This document shows, piece by piece, positions 31,255 to 41,712 of a stretch of 64,000 nucleotides of DNA (position 1 is its first letter; each line of letters starts with the position of its first letter). This DNA comes from an uncultured archaeon (GTDB lineage Archaea; Thermoproteota; Bathyarchaeia; Bathyarchaeales; Bathycorpusculaceae). The position numbers and the translations under genes are program-made. Below the pieces are notes generated by a model. The model was given only the letters and a program-made list of their open reading frames with translations. It searched no databases and was not told the DNA's origin. The stretch is taken from NCBI GenBank assembly GCA_963782915.1, contig CAWALK010000022.1, positions 64,001 to 128,000 of the forward strand. Reading direction: 5' to 3'.

Positions 31255-31480
31255 CTTCAGCCCTCATTTCGTCTAGCCACTTTTTTACTTCTTCAACACT
31301 GGCTTTTCCTGCGCTGCTTCCTATTAAATCGAGAAAACTGGGCTGTTTTTTTATCACTATCTTGCCATCTTCTTCGACGATTTGGACTTTTGAGTTTTCT
31401 TCTATTTTGTATTTTCTTCTAAGCTTAACTGGTATTGTGACTTGACCTTTTCGAGTAACCATTACTTCATCTGCAGTCAT
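31244..31480 (-). CDS. AbrB/MazE-family antitoxin
   Basis: VTRKGQVTIP..LR..Y.I; overlaps the toxin start. Confidence 0.88.
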   Translation of the reverse strand: MTADEVMVTRKGQVTIPVKLRRKYKIEENSKVQIVEEDGKIVIKKQPSFLDLIGSSAGKASVEEVKKWLDEMRAEDDE

Positions 31481-31483
31481 ACT

Positions 31484-31518
31484 TACTTCGAAGTACTACT
31501 ATTTGACAAGTATTACTT
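31484..31518. promoter_or_regulatory. Putative toxin-antitoxin operator: palindromes TACTTCGAAGTA (31484-31495) and AAGTA-T-TACTT (31508-31518)
   Basis: Two related palindromes directly upstream of the antitoxin start. Confidence 0.45.
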
Positions 31519-31609
31519 AAGGTTTAATGGATAAAAAAACTGTTTCATTTTTGTTTCAGTCAACATCCAAACCAGCCGCAGCCCATAGGCTAAGTTGAGG
31601 TAAAATGAA

Positions 31610-31977
31610 ATGCAAACAAAAATTGTCCTCGCAATAGTCGCAGTCGCTCTTGTGGCGGCAGCGTTAGTCGGCGTCACCGCCGCACAATTAGTCAACACCC
31701 AAACCCCAATCATAACGGTTGGACCAAACGGTCAAGTTCTCCCGCCATGCGTAACCGCCAACAACGGCGTAGTTCCTCCATACTGCATCAATGGCACAAC
31801 AGGTCAACCATACTGCTATGCTAACAGCACAGGCGTCTACTGCAATAATGGGATAGGAGCAGGCATTTGCCAAAACGGTGGCTGCTATGGTTATGCCGCT
31901 CAAAACCAGAATAGCCCAATATGGCGCTGGCATGATGGGCAAGCGGTTACGGTTATGGTATGGGGCGCTGCCGATAA
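31610..31977 (+). CDS. Small secreted Cys/Gly-rich protein (3' end frameshifted)
   Basis: Signal peptide; repeated xxYC units; alternative frames give YGAGMMG..GYGYGMGRCR-stop. Confidence 0.65.
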
Positions 31978-32024
31978 ACGACATAAAGTTCTTTTCTTTT
32001 TTTATTAGCTGATTGAACCATTGA

Positions 32025-32109
32025 TTGACTCTATAAATAAGGGAGGGGTCTAGTTGAGAGCAGCAAAAGCTCTTCTTATAGGGGCAGGGGATCAGTGGCA
32101 AAGCACCAG
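32025..32109 (+). repeat. Intergenic element family II: motif B' (32025-32049) and motif A'' (32077-32109)
   Basis: CTATAAATAAGGGAGGGGT and TATAGGGG.AGGGG...GGCAAAGCA.CAG match the copies at 15.5 kb and 34.6 kb. Confidence 0.7.
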
Positions 32110-32133
32110 CTTTTTACATGTTATTTCTGGCGT

Positions 32134-32263
32134 TGCTTGCTGTTTGCTCCACAACCAGCCTGCAACATAAACCAGGCTCTAAGCGCCAAAAGCAATTGGC
32201 AGCACAATTGATTGGTTGTTGTAGTGTATAGGGGGTTTCTGCCAACAACAACTGTAGAAAAAC
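32134..32263 (+). repeat. Intergenic element family I copy
   Basis: Blocks 29/33 and 43/49 identical to the reverse complement of 48937-49047; 8-bp stem 32215-32222/32245-32252. Confidence 0.88.
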
Positions 32264-32300
32264 ACACTAAGTAAATAAAAATTAAAAGAAAAATGCTGTT

Positions 32301-32549
32301 TTAAGACAGCCATTTCAAGGGTATATCTTGGAAAGTTCCATCCGGCAGTGTTCTGCGGATAGTGATTGGCAAAACGTTTGCATCGAGTTCTGAAACAGCT
32401 ATATCGATTGGGTTGGTGTTGTCTGCTGCGTCAACCAAGATTGGTGCTCCCATCGAGATTTGCAATGCACGTGCGCCGACGATTCTTGCTTTCTCGAAAC
32501 GAGTGATTTTTGGTGGTCCTACCACAATTTTTTCGTGTACTTGTTGCAT
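32301..32549 (-). CDS. rpoK: RNA polymerase subunit Rpo6/K
   Basis: [21 protein letters not shown] signature. Confidence 0.95.
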   Translation of the reverse strand: MQQVHEKIVVGPPKITRFEKARIVGARALQISMGAPILVDAADNTNPIDIAVSELDANVLPITIRRTLPDGTFQDIPLKWLS

Positions 32550-32550
32550 T

Positions 32551-34215
32551 CTACATCATTCCCGGCATTCCACCCATTCCGCCCGGCATTCCTCCTCCCG
32601 GTGGCATTGGAGGAGACTTCATTTTAGCGGTTGAGATGACATCGTCGATTTTGAGTATCATGGATGCTGCTTCATACGCGGATTTTATGATTTGCTTTTT
32701 AACTGCGAGCGGCTCGTAAACGTTGATTTTTGTCATGTCCTCGGTTGTGCCTGCGAAGACGTTGATGCCTGCCCATGTTTCGCCTTTCTCGTGGCGTGCA
32801 CGCAGTTGAGTCAATAGATCAACAGGATCCAACCCCGCGTTTTCTGCGAGGGTGGTTGCGATGGTTTCCAGGGCTTCTGCGAAGATGCGCACTGCAAACT
32901 GTTCACGGCCTGAGAGGGTTTGAGCGTACTTTTTGAGTGCGTTAGCCATTTCAAGTTCAGGTGCGGCTCCGCCTGCGACAACGAATGGTTCCTCAAGGAG
33001 GTCGCGTATGACGCAGAGTGCGTCATGGATGCTGCGTTCGGCTTCGGCTGTTAAGCGTTGGTTGCCGCCTCTGATTAGGAGTGTGACTGATTTGGGGTTT
33101 TTGCAGCCTTCGATGTAAGTCATTTTGTCGTCGCCGGTTTTGCGTTCCTCAACCACTGCAGCTTCGCCGAGGTCCGAGGCGGTTAGGGCGTCGATGTTGC
33201 TGATGATTTTGGCGCCTGTGGCTCGGGCGAGTTTTTCCATGTCAGATTTTTTAGCTCTGCGTATGGCAACTACGCCTTTGCGGGCCATGAAGTGTTGGGC
33301 CATGTCGTCGATGCCTTTTTGGCATATGATGACGTTGGCGCCTGAAGCGAGAACTTTGTCAACCATGCTTTTGAGCATGACTTCTTCCTGTTTGAGGAAG
33401 GCTTCGATTTGAGCGGGGTTTTCTATGTTGATTTTTGCGTCGAGTTCCGGTTTCTCGTTTTCCATAGATGCGTCCAGAAGCGCGATTTTTGCTTTTTCGA
33501 CACGTTTTGGCATGCCAGAGTGGACGATTTCTTTGTCCAGGACGATGCCGTTGATTAAGCTGGTATCAGCGAGGGATAAGCCGGTTTTCTTTTCGACTTT
33601 TACGTCGTCTACGTCTGCTTTCATGCTGCCGTCAGCTTGTTTTTCTGCGACTGATAGCATGGCTTTGACGGTTATGTCGGCGAGGTATTCTTTGTATTCG
33701 GCGACGATTTTGCTGCCCATGGCGGTGACGGCGACTTTTTTGAGGTAATCTGATGATGTTAAATCAACTGGGATGGCGATTTTGTCGAGGACTTCGAGGG
33801 CTTTTTGTGATGCGAGTTTGAAGCCTTCGATGATGATGGTTGGGTGAATGTTTTTATCGATTAATCCCTCAGCGAGGTTAAGCAATTCGCCTGCAACGAT
33901 GACGCTGCTGGTGGTGCCGTCGCCTGCTTCTTTATCTTGGGTTTTGGCGACTTCAACCATCATTTTGGCGGCCGGATGCTGAATATCCATCTCGTCGAGA
34001 ATCGTTCTTCCGTCGTTAGTTATTGTGACATCGCCGAAGTTATCGACCAGCATTTTATCCATGCCTTTAGGACCTAATGCGCTTCGGACGCTTTCAGCTA
34101 CAACTTTAGCAGCTGTAATGTTACCATGTTGGGCTTCTCTACCACGACTACGTTTTGAACCTTCCCTTAAAACCATAATCGGTATTCCGCCTGCTTGTGT
34201 TGGTGCTGCTGACAA
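32551..34215 (-). CDS. ths: Thermosome (group II chaperonin) subunit
   Basis: [21 protein letters not shown]-terminal GGM repeats. Confidence 0.96.
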   Translation of the reverse strand: MSAAPTQAGGIPIMVLREGSKRSRGREAQHGNITAAKVVAESVRSALGPKGMDKMLVDNFGDVTITNDGRTILDEMDIQHPAAKMMVEVAKTQDKEAGDGTTSSVIVAGELLNLAEGLIDKNIHPTIIIEGFKLASQKALEVLDKIAIPVDLTSSDYLKKVAVTAMGSKIVAEYKEYLADITVKAMLSVAEKQADGSMKADVDDVKVEKKTGLSLADTSLINGIVLDKEIVHSGMPKRVEKAKIALLDASMENEKPELDAKINIENPAQIEAFLKQEEVMLKSMVDKVLASGANVIICQKGIDDMAQHFMARKGVVAIRRAKKSDMEKLARATGAKIISNIDALTASDLGEAAVVEERKTGDDKMTYIEGCKNPKSVTLLIRGGNQRLTAEAERSIHDALCVIRDLLEEPFVVAGGAAPELEMANALKKYAQTLSGREQFAVRIFAEALETIATTLAENAGLDPVDLLTQLRARHEKGETWAGINVFAGTTEDMTKINVYEPLAVKKQIIKSAYEAASMILKIDDVISTAKMKSPPMPPGGGMPGGMGGMPGMM

Positions 34216-34390
34216 ACCTTATAAACCTCCATAATGCGAACAACAACATGATAGTCCTACACATATAAGTTTTTCTAGTGGTGGCATGTTGACGGAAGCT
34301 ACTGTTTAGCGGTTTTTGTATCGTTTAGCTGTTTTTGGGGTGGCTGTGTGTTTGTTTGAAGGCAGTGGCGCATGATGGTTTGGGGTTTGT

Positions 34391-34709
34391 TTGCGTTTTT
34401 TTTCTCTATCCCCCTTATTTATAGGCTCAATAAATACGGAAAAAAGCAAAGAGGATGCGGGCGTTTGTCGGTTTGGAACTGTGGAGGTTGTGCGCTTGTT
34501 GGCTGGGGTGCCGGGTGGCTAGGCGGTTGTGATAGAAGACTGTTTGCTTTTTTGTTTGAGGTTCTGTTGCTTTGCCAAGACCGCCCTATCCCCTATAAAA
34601 AGGTCAAAAAACTGAGATCTACCTACCTCAGAAGTACCTACCCCTCCCTTATTTAAAGGATAAATAGGGTATCTCTGTTGCTTTGCCGAGCTACCCCCCT
34701 CCCCTATAT
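34391..34709 (-). repeat. Intergenic element family II array: A (34674-34709), B'' (34640-34658), A' (34563-34597), spacer, B (34391-34430)
   Basis: Direct alignment to 15512-15546, 15702-15740 and 32025-32109. Confidence 0.85.
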
Positions 34710-35213
34710 ATAGACTGAATTAGTGAATAACTTGGCAAACAATGACAGCGTAATGAGGTCGGGCACTGGCATGGCCCATTCGAACTATTCGCCCGTAGCA
34801 CACGGGGAACCTCCGGTTGCCTTTAAAGAATTTTCTCAAACAAAAAACACATCAAAAAAGGCATACAACAAACCGCACGAATGAAAAAATCGAAAAGCAA
34901 AACGGTGGCTAATTGATCTGCGAAGAGGCAGGTTCACTTGCTGACTGCTGAACCGGCGGCATCCAAACCTGCTCTTTTTTCTCTACAATCAATGTCAACT
35001 TTGTTTCAGTAGAACAACTCAGGATTCGTTGGCTATCTCTTGGCGGATGTTCAAGCCTGCCCTATAGAATATGGCGGCTGCACTACAGAGTACTTCTTGC
35101 TTTTTGGGTCCTCATACATACGAGTAATTGAAACAATCTTTTATAAGATAAATTAACTTACCAATAATTTGGCAAAAAACATTTTTTGCTAAAATTTTAA
35201 GGAGAATAAAAAC

Positions 35214-38058
35214 TTGAACCTTTCTCATAAACGAACGTTCGCTCTTTTGATCATAGCAATCTTGGCGACTTCAATGTCAACTATAGTTTTCATAGAAGCA
35301 GCAAGCGCTCATACACCGCCATGGCAAATCCAACTCTTCGCTAACATTAACGTTGCACCTAACCCTGCAGGCGTAGGTCAATCCGTTACAGTTAACTTCT
35401 GGCTAAATGCACCTCCAATGACCGCTAACGGCCCATACGGTGACAGATTCGGACCATTCACCGTAAACGTCATAAAACCAGACGGAACCAACGAAACATT
35501 AGGGCCATTTATCTCTGATGCTACCGGCGGCACAGCCACACGCTACACACCAACAGCGGTAGGCGAATACAAGTTCCAGATGATATTCCCCGGACAAAAA
35601 CTAACCGGATTCACAAACAACCCATCAGCCGCTTCGGGCATAGCTAGCATCTCAAACCCAACTTACGTCAACGATACCCTCCTGCCCGCGGTTAGCCCCG
35701 TAGTAACGCTCACAGTCCAACAGGAAGCAGTACCGATGCTTCCCACAACCCCACTGCCAACCGATTACTGGCAAACCCCAATAAACGCAATGAACGTTGA
35801 CCAATGGTACCAAATCGGCGGACCCTACCTCAGCCTTTACACAAGCTACGGACCAGGCAAGGGCGGCTCCAACTATAACACCACGACCAACTTTAACCCA
35901 TACAGCTTCGCACCACTTTCATCGCACATAATATGGACAAGACCCGCAGCACCCGGAGGAGTCATCGGCGGAGACGCCGGCGGAACAACCACCTATGGCA
36001 ACTACTATTCAACCTCACAGTACGAACGCAAATACCAACCAATAGTTATGAACGGAATAATGTACTACACCCAATTCCCCGGAGCCTCAACAAACCCACT
36101 ATCAACCATCGCAGTTGACCTATACACAGGAGAAACCTTGTGGGTTAACGATGCAAACAACTGGGGAGGCGGAAGCCCTAACCAGAACATGCTAGTAGGA
36201 AACGGCACCTCAGTTACACCTCTCGCATGCGGACAAGTACTCGACTACGTGTCACCCAACCAATACGGCGGCTTAGCATATCTGTGGACAACAGGCACAC
36301 CAAGTTGGCTCACCAACAACCCATCCTACCCCATACGCCCCGGAACAACAACACTCAACATGTTTGACGCCATGACCGGCAAATACATCCTAAGCATAGT
36401 AAACGGCACAGGCTTCAGCTACGGAAACACAGTCGATGCAAGTGGCAACTTGATAAACTACTACACTAACACCACAGTGGGCACACAAACAATCTACGGT
36501 GCAATCCAACCAATCACCGGACCAACACCCACCAAAGTCACAAACACCGCCGGCAACTCACTGGTCGAAGTATGGAATTCGACACAATGCATAATGCTCG
36601 GCGCCGGCTGGGCAACTGCATCAGCTTCAGGCTGGTTCTGGAGACCACCACAAGGCGCAGTTATCCCATTCGAATACGGAATCCAATCCGCATGGCAACT
36701 ACCAGGCACCATTCCAGTGGGCGCATTTGCAAACAACGCCACATACCCCAACACTTGGACAGTATACGGCGTTAACAGCGGCACAGCACTACTCTATTCA
36801 GCCGCCAACCAGGGATTAACAAACTACTTCACAACAGGATACACAGTCTTCGCAGGCTACGACGTAACCGGCACAAGCACCACCGTAAACAGCACATACA
36901 ATCCCCCATTATTCGTACAGAACCAAACATTCACGCCCTTCGCCGCCGTCAACTTAGATAACTACGGCAACATCGGCAACGGAGTATTCACAACAGTAAT
37001 CAAAGAAACCGGACAAGTACAAGCCTTCGACGTACGCACAGGCAAACAAGTTTGGTCAACATTCCTAGCAGGAGACAACAACGCCTCAATCAACCCCTAC
37101 GACACATTGGGAGGCATCAAAGGAAACATCTACGGAAAAGACTTCCTACTATTCGGCTTCGGCGGAGACGTATGGTCACTGGACATGACAACCGGCAAAC
37201 AAAACTGGTACACTAACACCACAAAACTCCACGGCGAAGCAGGCAGCGACACCCCATACGGCATCTGGCCAATTTGGGTACAAACAGGCATCGGCGGAGG
37301 AGGAGGAATAATGTGGCTTGAAGAAGGACACGAATACTCACCACCCCTATTCAGAGGAGCAAAACTATTAGCCGTCAACACCACAGACGGATCACTTGTT
37401 TGGAGCATAAATTCATTTGACGTAGACGCAAACCCAGCATTAGCCTACGGTATCATGACAATCCTAAACGCCTACGATAACCAAATTTACGCTTATGGCC
37501 GAGGCCCCAGCGCCATCACAGCCTCTGCACCGCAAGTGGGAGCTACAACAGCTACACAAATCACCATCACCGGCACTATAATGGATATTTCTGCAGGAGC
37601 AAAACAGGGAGCAGTCGCAGCAAACTACCCCAATGGATTACCATGCGTCTCTGACGATAGCATGAGCAGCTTTATGGAAGCCGTCTACATGCAGCAACCA
37701 GTCCCCCACAACGCAACCGGAGTACCCATCACCCTGAGCGTAATTGACCCCAACGGCAACTTTAGAACAATCGGCGCAACAACCAGCGACGGAACCGGAA
37801 CTATATTCCTTCCATTGGACACCCGACATTTCAGGCGAATACATAGCAGTTGCTACATTTTCAGGAACTAACGCATACTACGGTTCAACAGCCCAAGCCC
37901 ACTTCTATGCTGCCGGCGCAACAACCGCATCGCCGACACCGACATCAGGCTCCAATGTTGCAACAACAACAGACCTGATGATCTACATTACAGCTGCGGC
38001 AATCGCCATAATCATCGCAATCGCTATTGTCGGAGTACTCATACTTAGAAGACACTAA
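35214..38058 (+). CDS. Large secreted PQQ-like beta-propeller surface protein with C-terminal TM anchor (frameshift near 37800)
   Basis: Signal peptide; repeated A.D..TG...W blades; N-linked sequons; TM helix + RRH tail. Confidence 0.82.
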
Positions 38059-38250
38059 AGTTACAGTCAAACACAAACCAATCTTCCCCTCTTTTTTGTT
38101 CTAAACGAAATTAATAAGTTGTTTTTTATTTAGTTATTGCCGCTGTACCCTCCTGTTTCAACTTCTTCCGGCAGGGTACGCAGATAGTTTTCTTCGCTAA
38201 CCTGAAAACGCGGATATTCTGACTCAGTTACTCAGAAGAAATCGGCAGGT

Positions 38251-38754
38251 TTAGTAAACTGATACTTTTGCCACGCCCGGAATCTTTAGCAGCTCAGGTA
38301 TGAGTTCACCGGGGATTTTCCTATCCACAATCAACGTACACTTCGGTTCGGGTGAAAGTTCGGGGTCGTCTACTATGGCTTGGCGTATGCCTAAGCCTGC
38401 TTTGAACAGTACTTGGGTGGAGTTGGCTAAGATGCCGCGTATTTGGGCGCTGGCGGGGGTGATTTCGATTACGCCTAGGTCAAGGTGTTTGGCGATTTCT
38501 TTTAGGGAGTGGCCTGCGGGACGGATTTCTTCGAATATCATTCGAAGGTCGGGGTTGTCGTGGATGGTGCAGAGGGTTTCGTTGACGGTTCGTCGGTCTA
38601 CGCCTGCGACTCGTGCGATGCGGATGGGTGGGATTTCGATTTGGTTTAAGAATATTTTGTCGTCTTTGGCGGATAGTCCGTTTTCTATGAGGACGCGTGC
38701 GACTTTGAGGCGTTCGGGGTAGCTGTCGAGTTCTGTTTTGATTTTGTTCCACAT
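38251..38754 (-). CDS. ACT-domain regulator of amino acid metabolism (COG2150-like)
   Basis: IARVAGVDRRTV HTH-like segment; GILA, IRQA...DPE. Confidence 0.82.
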   Translation of the reverse strand: MWNKIKTELDSYPERLKVARVLIENGLSAKDDKIFLNQIEIPPIRIARVAGVDRRTVNETLCTIHDNPDLRMIFEEIRPAGHSLKEIAKHLDLGVIEITPASAQIRGILANSTQVLFKAGLGIRQAIVDDPELSPEPKCTLIVDRKIPGELIPELLKIPGVAKVSVY

Positions 38755-38897
38755 TTAGAATCGCTTTTGTATAGTTCTGTGCGTTTGAGTATAAATGTGT
38801 TGTTTACAAAACAATCGCTCATGTACATAAGTATACACCAAAGCTTTAAATAACGCTTCCAAGAACAATTCACTACTCAAAGAAAGGTCGAATCACC

Positions 38898-40323
38898 TTG
38901 CACGACAAAAAAATTCTACTCAAAGAATCAGACATACCAAAACAATGGTATAACATCGTCCCCGACCTGCCACATCCACTTCCACCCTTCATAGAAGCGG
39001 AAACAGGAAAACCAGGCGTCGGCATCGTCCCAAAAATTTTCCCCAAAGCAATCATAGGCCAAGAAATCAGCCAAGAACGCTGGATAGACATCCCAGACGA
39101 AGTCAGAGAAATCTACAAAATCTGGAGACCAACCCCACTCTACCGAGCGTATGGCCTAGAAAAAGCCTTGAAGACTCCGGCTAAAATTTACTACAAGTAC
39201 GAAGGCACCTCTCCATCAGGCAGCCACAAAACCAACAGCGCCGTCCCCCAAGCCTACTACAACATGAAAGAAGGCATCACCCGCGTCACCACCGAAACCG
39301 GCGCAGGCCAATGGGGCATCAGCTCTTAGCTTCGCAGCAGGCGTATTCGGCCTAGAAGCAACCGTCTACATGGTAAAAGCAAGCTTCGAGCAGAAACCCT
39401 ACCGCAAAGCCATGATGAACGCGTTTGGCGCAACCGTCTACGCCAGCCCAAGCAAGCATACAGCTTCAGGAAGAAAAATCCTAGCTGAAGACCCGGAAAA
39501 CACTGGCAGCCTGGGCATCGCAATCGGCGAAGCCGTCGAAGACAGCTTGGAAAGCGAAAAAACAGGCAAAAAAGCCAACTACACCATCGGCAGCGTCTTC
39601 AACCACGTCTGCATGCACCAAACCGTCGCTGGCCTAGAAACACAGAAGCAAATGGCGATGGTAGAGGATTACCCGGATGCAATCTACGGCTGCATAGGCG
39701 GCGGAAGCAGCTTCTCCGGTTTGTTCTGGCCATTCTACCACGACAAAGTCAGCAAGAAAGCCCCCAAAGAAACCAGATTCATCGCAGTCGAACCCACCGC
39801 ATGCCCCAAAGTAACCCGCGGCTACTACACCTACGACCACGGCGACACCGCAAAACTCACCCCACTCGTCCCCATGCACACCTTAGGCCACGACTTCATG
39901 CCAGCGCCCATCCACGCAGGCGGACTACGCTACCACGGCATCGCCCCAACCATCAGCGTACTTGCCCAAGAACACAAAATCACCACCTTAGCAATCAACC
40001 AAGTCGACGCCTTTGACGCAGCTAAAATCTTCATACGCACCGAAGGCATCATTCCCTCACCGGAATCCACACATGCAATCAAAGCCGTCTGCGACGAAGC
40101 ACGCATATGCGCACAAACCAACACACCTAAAACTTTGCTGTTCGCGTTGACTGGCCATGGCTTCTTTGACATGACAGCCTACGACGAATACTTCAACGGA
40201 CACCTACAACCCTACGAATACCCAGTGGAGAAAGTTGCGGAATCAATGAAGAAACTGCAAGCACTCTACCCGTGGCTAAACGAAGTCACAAAGAAGTACA
40301 TAACACCCTGCGAGTCAACCTAA
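38898..40323 (+). CDS. trpB2: Tryptophan synthase beta-like TrpB2 (frameshift near 39320)
   Basis: [33 protein letters not shown]. Confidence 0.92.
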
Positions 40324-40359
40324 ACTCGCCCTTTCTATTTTTCTTTATTTTTTTTTGGG

Positions 40360-40830
40360 TTATTTGAGTTCTTTTAGCAGAGCCTTTGCTTCAGAAGACA
40401 ATTTGGGCTTGCTTTTTCCGCCAAGCAGCAAAAACAAGGCTCCAACCAGAATCAGGGCAGCACCAAAAAACGCGGCGCTCTCCACGGGCAGAAAACCAAA
40501 CCTTATCCCAACCGTAAACACGACTATGGCTATACCCATGATAACCATTATCCAGTTACTCATAGAAGCCGTAGAGTATAGGGCGAATTCTTTTTTGCCA
40601 GTGTCGGTAACTTGATAGTAGCCGGCTTTTTCTTCGATCATGTTTGCGCCGATGAGGTAGTTCCAGTCGTAGTGGAAGTGGCCATCGGACTTGTAGCCTA
40701 AAACTTGGGCGATGTTTGATTTGGTTCCAGGGGCGGCTTTGATGCGGCTGTTGGGGGCAGAGTAGATAAGGTATAGTAATCGTGTTCTTGGTGACTGCAT
40801 GTCCGCGCTTATTCCACGAGATTTCGCCAA
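40360..40830 (-). CDS. Winged-helix protein with two C-terminal TM helices
   Basis: IAQ.LG..., L....MIE...YY.VT..GK wing pattern followed by a hydrophobic hairpin. Confidence 0.6.
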   Translation of the reverse strand: MAKSRGISADMQSPRTRLLYLIYSAPNSRIKAAPGTKSNIAQVLGYKSDGHFHYDWNYLIGANMIEEKAGYYQVTDTGKKEFALYSTASMSNWIMVIMGIAIVVFTVGIRFGFLPVESAAFFGAALILVGALFLLLGGKSKPKLSSEAKALLKELK

Positions 40831-41050
40831 AGCCCAAACCCTGTTGTGATATTTGCAGAGGGAGCAAATAAATTAAACCCCACCAAACTATGGTTTTTAC
40901 ATGCTTTTCGGCGCTAACTTGATCGTTTGCTTATGACTCTAACCCTTAGAGTTGCATATCTAAAGCCCAGATGCATGGTTCTAAATGTTAGGGCTATATC
41001 TCGACGCCACTATTGTTTGCATAACCGAAAAAAATTCGGAGGAAAATAAA

Positions 41051-41679
41051 ATGAACGTAAACTTCCAATACAGCAAAACATTGGCCATCGAAGGTTCAAT
41101 CCTTCTATTACTTGGCTTAATTCCAACCGTGGGGTGGGTACTGGGCATAGTCGGCATAGTCCTACTCCTTAAAGCAACAAAAGAACTATCATACTACTAC
41201 CAAGATGAAAGCATCCACCAGAACGCGTGGACCGGCCTCAAATACTACATCGTCGGTCTAATCGCCGCAGCAGTCGCCATAGGCATAGGAGTAGCTAGCT
41301 TTGCAACCGCAGGGCTATTCACAGGCGACACCATTCGCATTCACAGCAGGCATCATAGGCGGCATAATCGCAATCATCGCGGGAATAGTCAGTCGCATTC
41401 GTGTTCTACTGTACTCGCAGCATTACACCTAAGAAAAGCATACGAAACACTCGCACAGAAAACAGGCGAAGCATCATTCAGCACAGCAGGCACACTGACT
41501 CTGGGTCGGCGCAATACTGACGATACATCGGCGTAGGCGTAATCCTGATACTGATCTCATGGATATTCGTCATAATAGGCTTCTCGGCAATGAAGCCCAA
41601 AGAATACCAACCCTACACGGCACAACCAAACGGCTACAGCTACGCACCACCAACCCAGCCACCAACATCCACTACCTAA
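41051..41679 (+). CDS. DUF996 family membrane protein (several frameshifts)
   Basis: GSILLLL, LS.YY.DE.I, F.TAG.L...GA motifs. Confidence 0.7.
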
Positions 41680-41712
41680 ACACAACCCCAAAGCTAAAGG
41701 AGCAAACAAACC

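Noticed and set aside
34372-34656. 94-aa ORF
   Set aside because: Overlaps the non-coding repeat array; composition is not protein-like
34391-34709. Canonical ORB-type replication origin
   Set aside because: G-runs are present, but there is no TCCA..GAAAC ORB core and no adjacent cdc6/orc1; kept only as a hypothesis under family II
34740-35100. SRP RNA, RNase P RNA or a known riboswitch
   Set aside because: No SRP helix-8, RNase P GAGGAAAGUCC or fluoride/TPP/FMN consensus visible
38140-38250. Hairpins between the beta-propeller and ACT genes as another family I copy
   Set aside because: Stems exist (GTACCCT/AGGGTAC, TTCTGA/TCAGAA) but share no sequence with family I; probably local terminator structure
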